From Octopus sinensis (lineage: Eukaryota), in contig NC_043001.1 in assembly GCF_006345805.1 (NCBI RefSeq), forward strand, positions 96,410,001 to 96,474,000: 64,000 bases of DNA, read 5' to 3'. The notes beneath the pieces were generated by a model. The model was given only the letters and a program-made list of their open reading frames with translations, searched no databases and had not been told where the DNA came from. The position numbers and the translations under genes were made by a program. Below, piece by piece: positions 12,751 through 25,661 of this stretch; within the stretch, counting starts at the first letter, position 1, and each line of letters begins with the position of its first letter.

Positions 12751-12958
12751 TAGCGTGATTCTAAGTGATCATTCAGCATGTGAGAAATAACAGCCAAATC
12801 TCCCTCACATAATTACCCTAACCTCTTAGAAAAATAGGAAAAGCAACATTGAAATACTATAGTCCACGATGTACAATGTCTGAAAAGATGATGATATGGT
12901 CGAGATTGAATCACTTTGGTCGTAGCTCATCTCATTCACAGTTCGTCTTGAGCTAAAC

Positions 12959-13028
<70 letters not shown>

Positions 13029-13041
13029 GATAATAATAATG

Positions 13042-13100
<59 letters not shown>

Positions 13101-13117
13101 AAGAATAATAATAAAAA

Positions 13118-13166
<49 letters not shown>

Positions 13167-13538
13167 TAATAACGACTTCAATAGTAACAACAACAACAAC
13201 AACAACAACAGCAACGACAATAAGAGCACCTATGCGTTTAGGTTGTGATAATGGGCACTTGTTAACCCATGCAACAGGATCAATCGGGAAGAGATCCAAG
13301 AAAGAGAAAGACTATCAATCTTTATTGGTTGATAATCGTTAATTCAAGAGGGATTTAATGAGTAATTAGATGCAATCACAGGAGTTCTAAGAGCTGCATA
13401 AAGTCATCATTTCTCGCAGGCTTCCAGGAAATAATTGGGGATCCCAAAATTAAATAGCATTTGAAAATGGACATAATGGTGACTATACTGGCGCAAGAAA
13501 ATAGACGAACAAATTATTATACAGGCATACACACACAC

Positions 13539-13589
<51 letters not shown>

Positions 13590-13985
13590 CCCTTTTACTT
13601 GCTTCAGTCATTTGACTGCGTCCATGCTGTAGCACCGCCTTCAGTCGAGCAAATCGACCCCAGGACTTATTCTTTGGAAGCCTAGTACTTATTCTATCCG
13701 TCTCTTTGGCGAACTGCTAAGTTACGGGGACGTAAACACACTACCATCGGTTGTCAAGCGATGTTGGGGGACAAACAAAGACGCACAAACAAATACACAC
13801 ACATACATATAAACATATATACGACGGGCTTCTTTCAGTTTCCGTCTACGAAATTCCCTCACAAGTCTTTGGTCGACCTGAGGCTATAGTAGAAGACACT
13901 TGCTCAAGGTGCCACGCAGTGAGAATGAACCCGGAACCATGCGGTTGGTAAGCAAGCTACTTTCCACACAGCCACTCCTGCGCCT
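13590..13985 (-). mobile_element. SINE family A copy
   Basis: Reverse complement of the family A consensus, ending at head AGGCGCAGGAGTGGCTGTGTGG. Confidence 0.85.
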
Positions 13986-14444
13986 ATATATACATATGTA
14001 TATATATAACCACCCAATACGCCCACACCTAACCCTCCCACACCCTACCCACACATCTCCATACCACCACACCACACAACACAACACCACACCACATCAC
14101 ACCAGCCAATATCACTTCACACACACTAGCACTGATCACGTGCCAGCACCTACACCACACACCGTCAACCGTACATCCACATCCCATCATCCACACACAC
14201 ACATTACAGACGCACGCACACACACACACACACACACAAATTCTCAAATTCACACAAGCAAAACGCACCTTCGATTCCTTCTGTCTACCGCTCCTGTCAA
14301 ACCATTTTGTTCCCAACCAGTCGCTATGCTTCATCACTAAATCCACATATTTTAAAATTCTTTCTCTCTTTATCTTCTCTTATTCCTTTCTGTTGAAGAA
14401 AGAGCGTAGGCTCGAAACGTAAAGGACTTCCTCACTTTCCCGAG

Positions 14445-14770
14445 ATTTTCTCACTTCTGGTTCCGTCGCTCCTCAATTTGTTTCTGTTCGTTCGGTTTTG
14501 CATTCTGGTTGATCCATTTTGCTTGTTTTGTGGCAGTGGTTTCAGGTTCTTCAAATATTTCAGGCTTAATGCCAAGTTCCCTTGACAATACAATGTTACT
14601 TTTTTCTGCTTTCGTGTTTTCACACAAGTCGCAGCGTCCAGTCCTCTGTACTGGACAAGTACTTGTTCTTGCTATTGTGGAGCTCTTATAGCACAGTTCT
14701 ATCTGCATCATTTCTCTTCTCCCATTCCTTCTAGGTAGGTACACACGATCAAGTAGTTTTCTTGTCTCCC
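14445..14770 (-). mobile_element. R4/Dong-clade LINE fragment (post-RT region) abutting (AAT)n
   Basis: ORF 14451-14909 gives LLDRVYLPRRNGRREMMQIELCYK, similar to the DRLYLPRKEGGRGL motif. Minus-strand 5' flank is (AAT)n. Confidence 0.7.
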
Positions 14771-14859
<89 letters not shown>

Positions 14860-14860
<1 letters not shown>

Positions 14861-14975
14861 TATGTTTGACTTTTGCTTTATGTCTGTACAAGTTGGCTCC
14901 AAGTCTCATCCAGAGACCTCAAGAGACAACAGGTTAGAAGTTCTGTGCCATATATTTGGGTTTTTTTTTTCTTGC
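14860..14975 (-). mobile_element. Probable LINE 3'-UTR stub between two (AAT)n arrays
   Basis: ~115-bp unique island ending ...AAAAGTCAAACATAG(AAT)n on the minus strand with (AAT)n upstream. Family assignment (R4/Dong) is inference. Confidence 0.4.
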
Positions 14976-15032
<57 letters not shown>

Positions 15033-15043
15033 AATTATTATTA

Positions 15044-15110
<67 letters not shown>

Positions 15111-15172
15111 CATTATTATTATTATTGCAGAATAGGTAGTGTGTCGAACAAAATTCTGATGGGCAATCAAGA

Positions 15173-15356
<184 letters not shown>

Positions 15357-15555
15357 GACTGACGTGTTGTCACATCGGCTCCGAAGGTAATCGTTTATTT
15401 TGACTATTTATAGCCCACATTTTGTGTACATTTTTGTAAATAAGGTGTGTAAAGCATCCAACTTTCGTTTGAGTGCTTTTCCAAGGGAGGAATTCGCCCC
15501 TAGGGGCAGTATCAACCCTAATTAAATTGTATATTTTTCTTCTCGACATTAAAAA

Positions 15556-17495
15556 ATGTCGAGAAATTTTATTGTAGAACGCTGGTCAAATTCCTTTATG
15601 GACCAGCATTTTCCTAGCCTTGAAACGCTAGGAGAAAAAAAGAACTTCTGCACGCACACACATTCGACAAAGACAAACCTGAGTGACGTGGAAGTGAACG
15701 CTGCAACCACTTTCGTTAACAGCCCTGTCACCACCACCACCACCACCACCACCACCACCAACATAAATGATAAAAATGAAAATAACGCAAATACAATTAA
15801 CAACAAGAAGAACAACAAGAACAACAACAAAAATGAAATAAATATTTTATCATCTAATAGTGAAGATATTAACATAACAGAATCAACAGTACCTGAAAAA
15901 GTCACGTCCAAGAATATTTCGGATACAACAACAACAAAAACACACAACGACAACAACTGCCAGAATATAACAGTAAACTTCGCTGACACCCTGCGTCAGA
16001 AAAAAGAAATAATAGAATTTACAAATGAAGAGTTAATAGAAACGGGAGCACTCTTTACAACCCAAGGGCAAGATTTAGTATTGCATACACCTCAACACAT
16101 AAAGGAACAAATAGAAAACAAAACGATTATATATAAAATTATAAAAAAAAACAACAACAAAATGAACAGATTACAAAAACGGACATAGAAAAGTGTGCAA
16201 AAAACATCATGAAAAAAAAAAGAATATATAAACTGGGGTCCCCAGTTTAATACAGTGGTGGTCCGCTTCCCTAACCAGGAAGTGGCAAAAGCCCACTCGA
16301 CAGAAACTTTACAAAACGATGAACTAATAATGATTCCTTATTACAGAAACCAAAGAGTCAGTAAAATTAAAATAAAAAGTGTATCACCGGAGATACCTAA
16401 CAAATGGATAACAGGAGCGATATGTTACCATTTAAAAGCAATAAACATTTTAGAAATTGCCGTATACAAAAACGACAATTGGGGTGGTAAATCGATAGAA
16501 GTCAGCATCCAGATTGATGGGTCCTCTATCGAGAAACTTCCTGATAAGTTTCTTTTAGAGAATGGGCAAAGCCTATATGTTGTAGAAGAAGGCAAAAAGC
16601 CAAGATGCTACAACTGAGGCAGCCCAGAACATTTAATTGCAAAGTGCGTTCTGGGACAGAGAAAACAAGAAAGAACAAATCAGAAGACAAATAAAAAACC
16701 TTTGTTACCAATACCAACACCAACACACTCAATTATGGAACAATGCAAAGAAAAACAACAAACCAGCAAACAAACCCCAACAACATCACCAAGAAAAGAA
16801 ACAGCACCAACACAATCACCGTTGACGTCGCAACCAATTCAACATACTGAACTAACACCAAAATATAGACCAACACCAGCACCAAGGACGACAACTAGAA
16901 AAACAGAAAACAGTGACGAGAAGACAAATTCTACCCCTAACACCACAACAACACAAACACCGCACAAAACATCAACAATTTCTACAAACATACATATTAA
17001 CGCAAATGCTTTGCCTTTACCCCCTTCTGATTCGTCGGACTCGTCGTCCAACGACGAAGGTTCGACGGAATGGCAAATAACCACAGGGGGTAAAAGGAAA
17101 AGATCAAAAAATCCCACCAAACAAGTAAGTAAAGCAGGGAGATATTTAACTCCGGACAGCATCCTCCTAGACAATAAAAAATCAATGACCCCGCAAAACC
17201 ACACACACAACTAACAGCAATAGACTCAGACAATAAAAAACTAATGGATTACATTGCATCCAACACGAACATCTGCGAAGATGACTTTAAGACAAATAAT
17301 CATCCGCGCACCACACCACCGAAACACATAAGAATTGTACACATAACACAAACACAACACCATACACTGAAAACCATATTTCCAACTGTGGTAGGGGGGT
17401 TTCAAAGATACCTCTCAAAAAAACTATTCAAACACCTCCTCAAAGACACTACAAAAGAAGAAGAAAAAACTGAAACTTTCAAAATGAGTAAGTGA
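15556..17495 (+). pseudogene. Tx1 ORF1 (gag-like, CX2CX4HX4C knuckle), disrupted
   Basis: Track ORFs 15556-16188, 16255-16617, 16702-17214 and 17244-17495 form one reading path. Knuckle C-Y-N-*(TGA 16615-16617)-G-S-P-E-H-L-I-A-K-C at 16606-16647. T/N/P-rich low-complexity flanks; frameshifts in A-runs. Confidence 0.8.
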
Positions 17496-17561
17496 CCTTC
17501 CCTCTTGCCTCTTATCTCTTCCAATGTAGTGTGTGAAACACAAATTTCTTAAATGTCAATT

Positions 17562-20500
17562 ATGCTTAAATTAGGTTGTGTGAATGCGCGTAGCTTGGCG
17601 TCGGCTTGGAAACAAGGTTACCTTCTAAACGACATCAAGTCACTGAACGTGGATATAGTAGCTATCAGTGAAACCAGACTCAGCAAGCCGCGGGCCCTCG
17701 CGTCCATGTTTGGCGATCAATTCGACATTTATTTTTCTCCCTGTCTGCCGAACATGGGTGGTGGAGGTACCGCGGTGCTTTTTCGAAAGAATCTAAATGT
17801 AAAAGTAAGAACAATATTCCTAGGCTGGTTGTCTTGGACGTGGATGGCAGAAATGGGTGTGCATTCCGTCTGATGGCAGTTTATTCACCGTCCTTAACGG
17901 GTCGGGCGGATTTCTTCAGACGTCTAGAGGTTTTCCTGGGTACGTCTAGACCTTTACTGTTAGTAGGGGATTGGAACGCTACCTTGGACACGCATCTAGA
18001 TTATGTGGGAATGGATAGGAATAGAAGGGGGTGTAAGTGCCTCAAAGACCTACTCAGACGTTTCCATTTGTCTGACAGGTTCCGACTCGACCATCAGAAC
18101 GTGCCAACGTGGACTTGGACAAACCGCGCCGGATCGTCGAGATCTTATCTAGATAGAATTCTATGCAGGACAGCGGATAGGGATAGTGTAGGATGTCCAC
18201 AATTTAAAATAGTCAGCTACACAGATCACAAATTTGTTAGATAAGACACATAGACAGGGTCCCGGTTACTGGAAACTGAACACGTCGCACTTAGCGCGAC
18301 AGGTTTACAGGAACCGGATTAGCGAGTTAATTAAGAGGGTGCTGGTGGGAGCCGTCGTTAACAACCGCTGGTGGTTCGCCCTGAAAATGGCAATAAAATC
18401 GGAATCATTTAGGTTTAGCAAGGAATTAGCGATAGATCGAAATAGAGTAGAGGGAGACCTGGTTAAGAAACTAGAAGAGGCATTTACCACTGGCAGCGCA
18501 ACCAACGTGCTGGCTGCGAGGATGGCCCTCGACCAACACCTCAACGCCAAGCACGAAGTTTGCGTTGTCAGAGCTAAAATGCGTGCCTTAAGGAATGAAG
18601 GGATCGAAGATGCGTGAGAGGCCCGGGTAGCGGAGGCGCAGCGTGGCAACAGAGCCACCATTCGGTCTCTAATAGATCTAGAGGGATGCAGTTTACTCGA
18701 ACCCGAAAGGATGTGTGAGGCCTTTCAACAACACTTTGCACGACTGTTTTGTGTGAGTGGTGGGTCGGAAAGCGGGATGGATTTCAGTACCTACCTGACT
18801 GACCTGGCGCGGCTCTCGGCAAGAGAAGCGGAGTGTTGTGAAAGTCCCATCACGGCCGCTGACGTGCGGGATGCGATGGCGGGCTGCGCGAGGGACAAGT
18901 CGCCTGGATTGGATGGTTTACCCTACGAGCTGTATTGTCAAATGCCAGACTTGTTTGGCGACCTCTTGGCATCAGTCTACTGCAACTGGCAACAAAACGG
19001 GAGAATCCCCGGCTTCGTGAGCCGAGGTGCAGTGACGTTGCTGAAGAAAATCCAAACAAGGGGAATTTTATAGATAATTTCAGGCTCATCACTCTGCTCG
19101 ACGCAGATTTGAAAATTTTGGTCAAAGTAATAGCCGAGAGGTTGGCGCTTGTCATTGGTAAACTGGTCGACAGAGCACAAACATGCGCCGTGCCGGGCAG
19201 GACCATACATGACAACCTCCATCTGATGCGCTACATTGTGGACAGGGTAGTTAAGGATCCTGGCATGGGTGGGGCGCTGATAAATTTGGATCAGTCTAAA
19301 GCCTTCGATAGGGTCGACCATCGGTACTTGGCGGCCGTCCTCAGGGCGGCTGGCTTCGGTTCCGTCTTCCGCGGTTGAATCGCTGCCTTGTATAGCGGCA
19401 TCCGATCGGTGATTCGGGTGAACGGCCACCTGTCGAAACCGTTTGACATCACGCGTTCGGTCCGTCAGGGGTGCCCCCTGTCGGCGCTTCTGCATGTATT
19501 GACTCTCGAGCCGCTACTGCGGAAGCTGGCGACACTGAGGGGCGTTTCACGGGAACTGGGTTGCGGGACGAGCGTGTCGGCATATGCGGACGATGTCACC
19601 GTCATAGTGTCGAGCGAAAAACACATCCAGATGATAGGCGAGACACTAAGAAAATACGAAACGGTGACGGAGGATTAACCCGGAAAAGTCAGTGGGTTTG
19701 CTACTCGGCACCTGGAGAAGCAAGCCCATGCCGTCCGACTGCGGCTCAGTAGTGGGACGCTGGACGGACGGACCGGTTAAATTGCTCGGGGTCTGGTTCA
19801 GTCCGGACCTCCAAATAGATAAGAACTGGGACGAGATCACGAGTAGAGTGGTCGCTCTCAGCGAAACATTGGCGGAGAGAAAGCTGTCTCTAAAAGGTCG
19901 GGCGGAGGTGGCGAACGCGTACATCGCATCCGTCATCAATTACCGCCTGACCGTCGTGCCTTGTCCCGACGCCACCATCACTAAACTGGAACGCATACTC
20001 TTCCGCTTCATGTGGAAGGGTGGCGTTCCGATGGTGAGGAAGTCCATTTGCTGTCAACATCCGTTGAATGGAGGACTAGGCATGCCATGGTTGATGATGC
20101 GCAGGCATGCGCTGAGACTGCGTCATCTCTGGAACTTCATCGACGACGGTGAACAGGTGTGGGCGCCGTTTGTGAGGCGCGCCTTCCCGCAGCTCGTCTC
20201 ACTGACCGAACTGCAAAGAAGAGACCGAAACTGATCGATTGGCACCGAGAGAGTCGCCAAGCTCTACAGCAGCTCTGCTGACCGGGGTCAAACTTGTGCA
20301 ACTTACAAACGACTAAAGCGTTCTATAGAGGACTAGTGGAGGGAGGTCCGACGACACACTCGGGGCAAACCTGGGCGTCGACGAGAAATTCCTAACCCGC
20401 CTGTTCAGGACGACGTTCGGGCCGGGGCCTATGGATAACTTCCAGAAATCCCTGGCTTGGCAGTGCTATCGAGACGCACTACCTGTTCGAGAGAAGAGCT

Positions 20501-20955
20501 ATAGGCACGGTTCGAAAACCATCACCGGACCGACCTGCCCGAGATGTGGTCAGAGCGACGAAACCGTTCTGCACGCACTCGTGCAGTGTCCAGATATTTC
20601 AGAGCTGTGGACCTTTGTCGAACAGCTGTTGTCGCGTGTATGACGGGCCCGCCTATCGGCCGAGTCTATCGTGAATATTGTTCCACCACCTTCCTTTAAA
20701 CGGGAAGGGAAAACGGTTTTCGTTACGCTGATAGCTATGGCGAAAGAATGTGTGTGGTGGACGCGTTTGAAAGGACTGCAAACAAACACCTTCCTTTCTG
20801 GTCAGTCTCACGTCAACTTTTTCAAGTACCACTTGAAAAGGAGGATGAGAATAGGGAGGAAGGCTTTGTCGAACGAATGTTTTAATAAAAAGTGGGTAAA
20901 AGTGGCAAAAATGGTCAGTATGAAAGACGACACTATTTTAAGCGTAAATCTGTAA
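17562..20955 (+). pseudogene. Tx1 ORF2 (APE endonuclease + reverse transcriptase + CCHC), disrupted
   Basis: EN motifs VNAR, ISETRL, VYSP, GDWNA, SYLDRI, TDHK; GYWKLNTS; KSPGLDG; LDQSKAFDRVDH; RQGCPLS; YADD at 19583-19594; KLSLKGR; CPRCGQSDETVLHALVQC. Multiple frameshifts and stops. Confidence 0.92.
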
Positions 20956-21254
20956 CCAAAAGAGACAAAGAGAGGTAAGGCAACTTACTCATGTGTTCAT
21001 TTTCAAACTGTCTGAGGTGACCTTGGTCTTTTTTGTAGGTTTTTCTTTCCAAGGCTACACCTAAACTGTGAACTTTATATATATATATATATATATATAT
21101 TACTTTTTTATACAACACACAACCCACAGATCCCTATTGATCGAACGTTTTTTTTTGTGTGTCCCACTCATCTCACCTCGAAAAGAAAAAACTCTACATT
21201 GTATTTCGTCCATTTTTATTCTGTGTTTAGCCCTGTGTGGCCACAATAAAAAAG

Positions 21255-21447
<193 letters not shown>

Positions 21448-21742
21448 AAGGTAGAGAAATAGAGAAAGAACGAGAGGGTGTCTGTTTTATTGATACATCA
21501 TAACTTTCCATACCTGTTGTAACGTCAACCTTTTTTTACTTACCTGAAGTAAAAATGGATTTTAAACACACACATACACACAAACTTGTAGATATATTTT
21601 ATTTACATTATCTCGGATTAGACACTCTAAAGGATTAAGATAATATATCATTCAACGATATTTGTTCTATGAGACATTGTCATCATACAATGTCTCTAAA
21701 AATTTGGCCTCATTAAAACTGAAAATCTTCCAGCCAGGATAG

Positions 21743-22042
21743 TTTGTTCCTTCTCAAGCCATGCCTGGCTCATAAGGGCTGGTTTCCTGGTTCCTTTGGC
21801 GTATAGGTCCCCCACCTAAACGGGACGCCGGTCCGTCGCAGGTGAGCTGCAAGATGCAGGAGGAAAGAGTGAGAGAAAGTTTTGGCGAAAGAGTCAGCAG
21901 AAGTTCGCCGTTACCTTCTGCCGGAGCCGCGTAGAGCTTAGGTGTTTCGCTCATAAACATACACATCGCCCGGTCTGAAATTCAAACCCGCGATCTCTCG
22001 ACCGCGAGTCCGCTGCTCTAGCCACTAGGCTATGTGCCTCCA
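21743..22042 (-). mobile_element. SINE family B (tRNA head) with 9-bp target-site duplication
   Basis: Head GTGGAGGCACATAGCCTAGTGGCTAGAGC...GGTTTGAATTTC; TSD CCAGGATAG at 21734-21742 and 22043-22051. Confidence 0.88.
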
Positions 22043-22127
22043 CCAGGATAGCTTAAACTATAACGGATACATGTTACATTGTCTCTCAGAAAATTCTTTA
22101 AGTCTGGAACTTGTTGCATGACAACGG

Positions 22128-22442
22128 CTGGGGCACTCCATCAGTTTCGACGACGAGTGGTCCAGTTGATTCGACCAACAAAACAGCCAACTCGAGAAAT
22201 TAAAGCAATCGATAGACACGTGTACCATTTAACGTTGTTCCCAGGGAGGTTCAGTTTGGCACACCGAATGGGACAAGGCCGATCCACTGCACTAAAGGTA
22301 CAGCTCGTTTTGCTAGTCGACTGAACTGGAGGAACTAGATATAAAGTATGTTGCACAAGAAAACAATGTATCTCTAGGAATCGAACTCATGACCTCCCGA
22401 TCGTGAGCCGAGTACACTAACCACTAAGCCACGTGCCTTCAA
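22128..22442 (-). mobile_element. SINE family B variant
   Basis: Head GAAGGCACGTGGCTTAGTGGTTAG...GAGTTCGATTCC; tail ...ATCAACTGGA.CACTCGTCGTCG..GA.GGAGTGCC shared with 40515-40883. Confidence 0.75.
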
Positions 22443-22969
22443 CACATGAGAATATTAATACATGTTTATTATAAAAGAGTTACATTGGTGTGCCTAGGGA
22501 AGTAGAAAGTGGTTTTTATATGTAAGTAAGTTAAATAATTACCGCCTCATTTGTATTTGTGTCATTTCTCATACACAACATCAAAGTAAAGACCTGTATT
22601 AATCTTATCATTTAAGGACTATCTTGACATATAAATTCAAGTTGCATTACAGAAGTTAATATAAGGATAAAACTCTACTAATTCGTAAGTATCTCTTGTA
22701 ATTTCTGTCAGAAGCTCAAACAATAATAGCCAACAAATTTATTAGTCAGGAAAAGTAATCGTTATATTGTCACACCTGATGTATTGTCGGTTAATATGTA
22801 TTTTCATTAACAGCATGTTAAAAAACATGAATGAGAACCCACTCTAGTTAGGAATATTGACATTTTACACCCAACAAATATACAATAATTTTGATACAAG
22901 AGATGTTGCACGAAAATCGGAAATTAAGCATATAAATGATATATGCTCTGCGCTCTATTTACCTTCACT

Positions 22970-23006
<37 letters not shown>

Positions 23007-23022
23007 ATACATACATACATAA

Positions 23023-23116
<94 letters not shown>

Positions 23117-23290
23117 CAGACAGTAATCTGATGATTACTCTATGTATGAAAGCGGTAATTTAACTTTATGAGTATTACAAAATATTTTTTTTTCAAATGT
23201 CAAAATGCCGTAAAAACTGTAAAAGCCAGACCGTTTTCCATTGATTCAACTGATTTATTATTCAATACACATACACACAAATTCGAAACA

Positions 23291-23387
<97 letters not shown>

Positions 23388-23573
23388 ATATATATAATAC
23401 ATATATACAATTTAGCTATCTAACCTCATACTTGCTTTTGCTGGACATCTTTCCTTGTCACGAGCTTTTCTTTCTCCTATGCTTGAAACGTAAAAAACCT
23501 CTACTGAGCGTCAAACTAATACAGTCCGCATTTACGTCCTTTTGTTGTTTGGTTATTTGTTACTTTTGATGTT

Positions 23574-23622
<49 letters not shown>

Positions 23623-24685
23623 TCTTTCTGTGTTCCTTTCTGTGTGAGAATGTAGGCTGGAACGTTAAAGACTCTTTTTCACTTCCAGAGCGTTATACTA
23701 ATAAATCTGTTTATTGTTACCGACGTAAAATGACAAAAATTGAATTTTTTATTAATTTCTTTGAAAAGACCAACTCGATTTGAAAAGACGTAACTCGAAC
23801 CGACACAAATTGCGTTATGGCTATATCCTGCTTCCAGTCTTGAGTCTATTTCCGCTCTTGCATTTAAATGCGTTAACGAAATCTGTTTAGAAATATATCG
23901 TTTTCAACTATCCTCATGTATTTGAGACTTCATCATCAAGTCCATAAAATTCACTTATTACCTCTCGGCAACCTGAGCATTTACATGATTTTTTTTACCT
24001 CACATTTATTACAGCCTGGTTCTTCAAAATTCTGCTCATGTTTGCAATCATTTTACTTGCAGCTGCAATTAGTGCACCGGAATCAGGTAGAAGGCTATCC
24101 TAGGTAATTTGAAGGTCAGCAGGACCATCAACTTCTAAATTGAAACAAATATCGAGCGACATTCATATGAGATGTTTGCTCCTAACCATGCATATGACAC
24201 AAAAATACTATTTCAAAGAACGTAAGATGCTTTAAACTCCAGAAAGAGAGGGCTTGGCATTGCCTTTCCTCCAAAATTCATTTACAGAATACCGTTTCGT
24301 AAACGGATCGAATCCAGTCAGAGTTGATGCATATTAGAATTATATGTTAACTGCAAATATATTCGATGTTACAAAGTGTAAAATTTGTCACCACAAACGG
24401 TCTGGAAGAGAACAGTTACCATTGGCTTCTGTACATATCCTATGCACATCAGTGTCCGTACACACTGTTTATAACAACAGCTGATGGAAGTGAGGTGGGT
24501 GTCGATTCGATGAAAATTAGTGACTGATGAGGATTCTTCTAAGATATCCTGCGGGCAAAAGTAACCAGATAACTGCTTATTCGTGGTGAAAATTACGTTC
24601 CTGAACAAGTACTGACTTAACTTTTCCCCGATTCTATGAAAGTTTATAACGCCCTTTTTCTTATGCTAAGTAAAATATTGCATTC

Positions 24686-24917
24686 TTGTATAAAGCAGTG
24701 AGCTGGCAATATCGTTAGCACGACAGGCGAAATGCTTAGCGGCATTCGTCCGTCTTTATGTTCTGAGTTCAAATTCCGCCGAGGTCGACTTTCCTTTTCA
24801 TCCTTTCGTCGTCGATTAAATAAGAACCAGTTACGCAATGGGTTTGATGTAATCGACTTAATCCCTTTGTCTGTCCTTGTTTGTCCTCTCTATGCACCCT
24901 GTAGTCAATAAAGAAAT
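24686..24917 (+). mobile_element. SINE family C with Tx1-like tail (type 1) and 13-bp TSD
   Basis: Ends ...GTCCTCTCTATGCACCCTGTAGTCAATAAAGAAAT; TSD AAATATTGCATTC at 24673-24685 and 24918-24930. Confidence 0.85.
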
Positions 24918-24930
24918 AAATATTGCATTC

Positions 24931-25140
24931 AGCAGTGAGCTGGCAGAATCGTTAGCACGACAGGCGAAATACTTAGCGGCATTTCGTCTGTTTTATATTC
25001 TGAGTTCATATCCCGCCGAGGTTGAGTTTGCCTGTCATCCTTTCGGGGTCATAAGATAAGAACCATTTGAACATTGGGGTCCACGTTATAAACTTACCAC
25101 CTCCCTGAAATTTCTAGGTTTGTGCCAAAATTTAAAACCA
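24931..25140 (+). mobile_element. SINE family C, tail type 2
   Basis: Same head and core; tail ...TTGTGCCAAAATTTAAAACC. Confidence 0.8.
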
Positions 25141-25563
25141 GTATTATATTCTTGTACATATCAGTTTCGCATTTATACTAAACATGATGTATTTGGAAAT
25201 GGTTCTGTATTCTCACCAGCACTGCATGATCTTTTCGGATGCTGTTGACATGTATTTCTGCGGCAGTATAATGACCTCTTTCTGTATTCAGTCTGATTAT
25301 ATTTGAAAACACAATCTCATAAAATGGGAGTTATTTGCTCATCAGTCGTCATTAATTTTCATTATATTCTGAAACGAGGATAGAAGCTGGATCGATGGCG
25401 CTGAGAATAAGAGCAGATGTTTCAACGTGTCCATCCCAATCGATGCCATTAAACGAATTATATTACTAAAAGACACTATGTTTTGTGGATTCTTGTCAGA
25501 AGGAAATATACCAGCATCAGTTGTCAAGAGGCGGGTGAGTGGGACAAAAAGAGATACAAAAAA

Positions 25564-25659
<96 letters not shown>
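25564..25659 (+). repeat. (TATC)n array, 5' flank of Tx1 copy 2
   Basis: Direct reading of the sequence. Confidence 0.95.

Positions 25660-25661
<2 letters not shown>

Noticed and set aside
16615-16617. In-frame TGA exactly at a zinc-knuckle Cys of Tx1 ORF1 (possible selenocysteine or readthrough)
   Set aside because: A single TGC-to-TGA change in a copy that carries many other stops and frameshifts; only one copy covers the site. Worth revisiting only if the family consensus also has TGA.
23760-24480. Cys-rich, protein-like fragments (possible DNA transposon remnant)
   Set aside because: Motifs are out of order and heavily interrupted; I cannot assign a family without a search.
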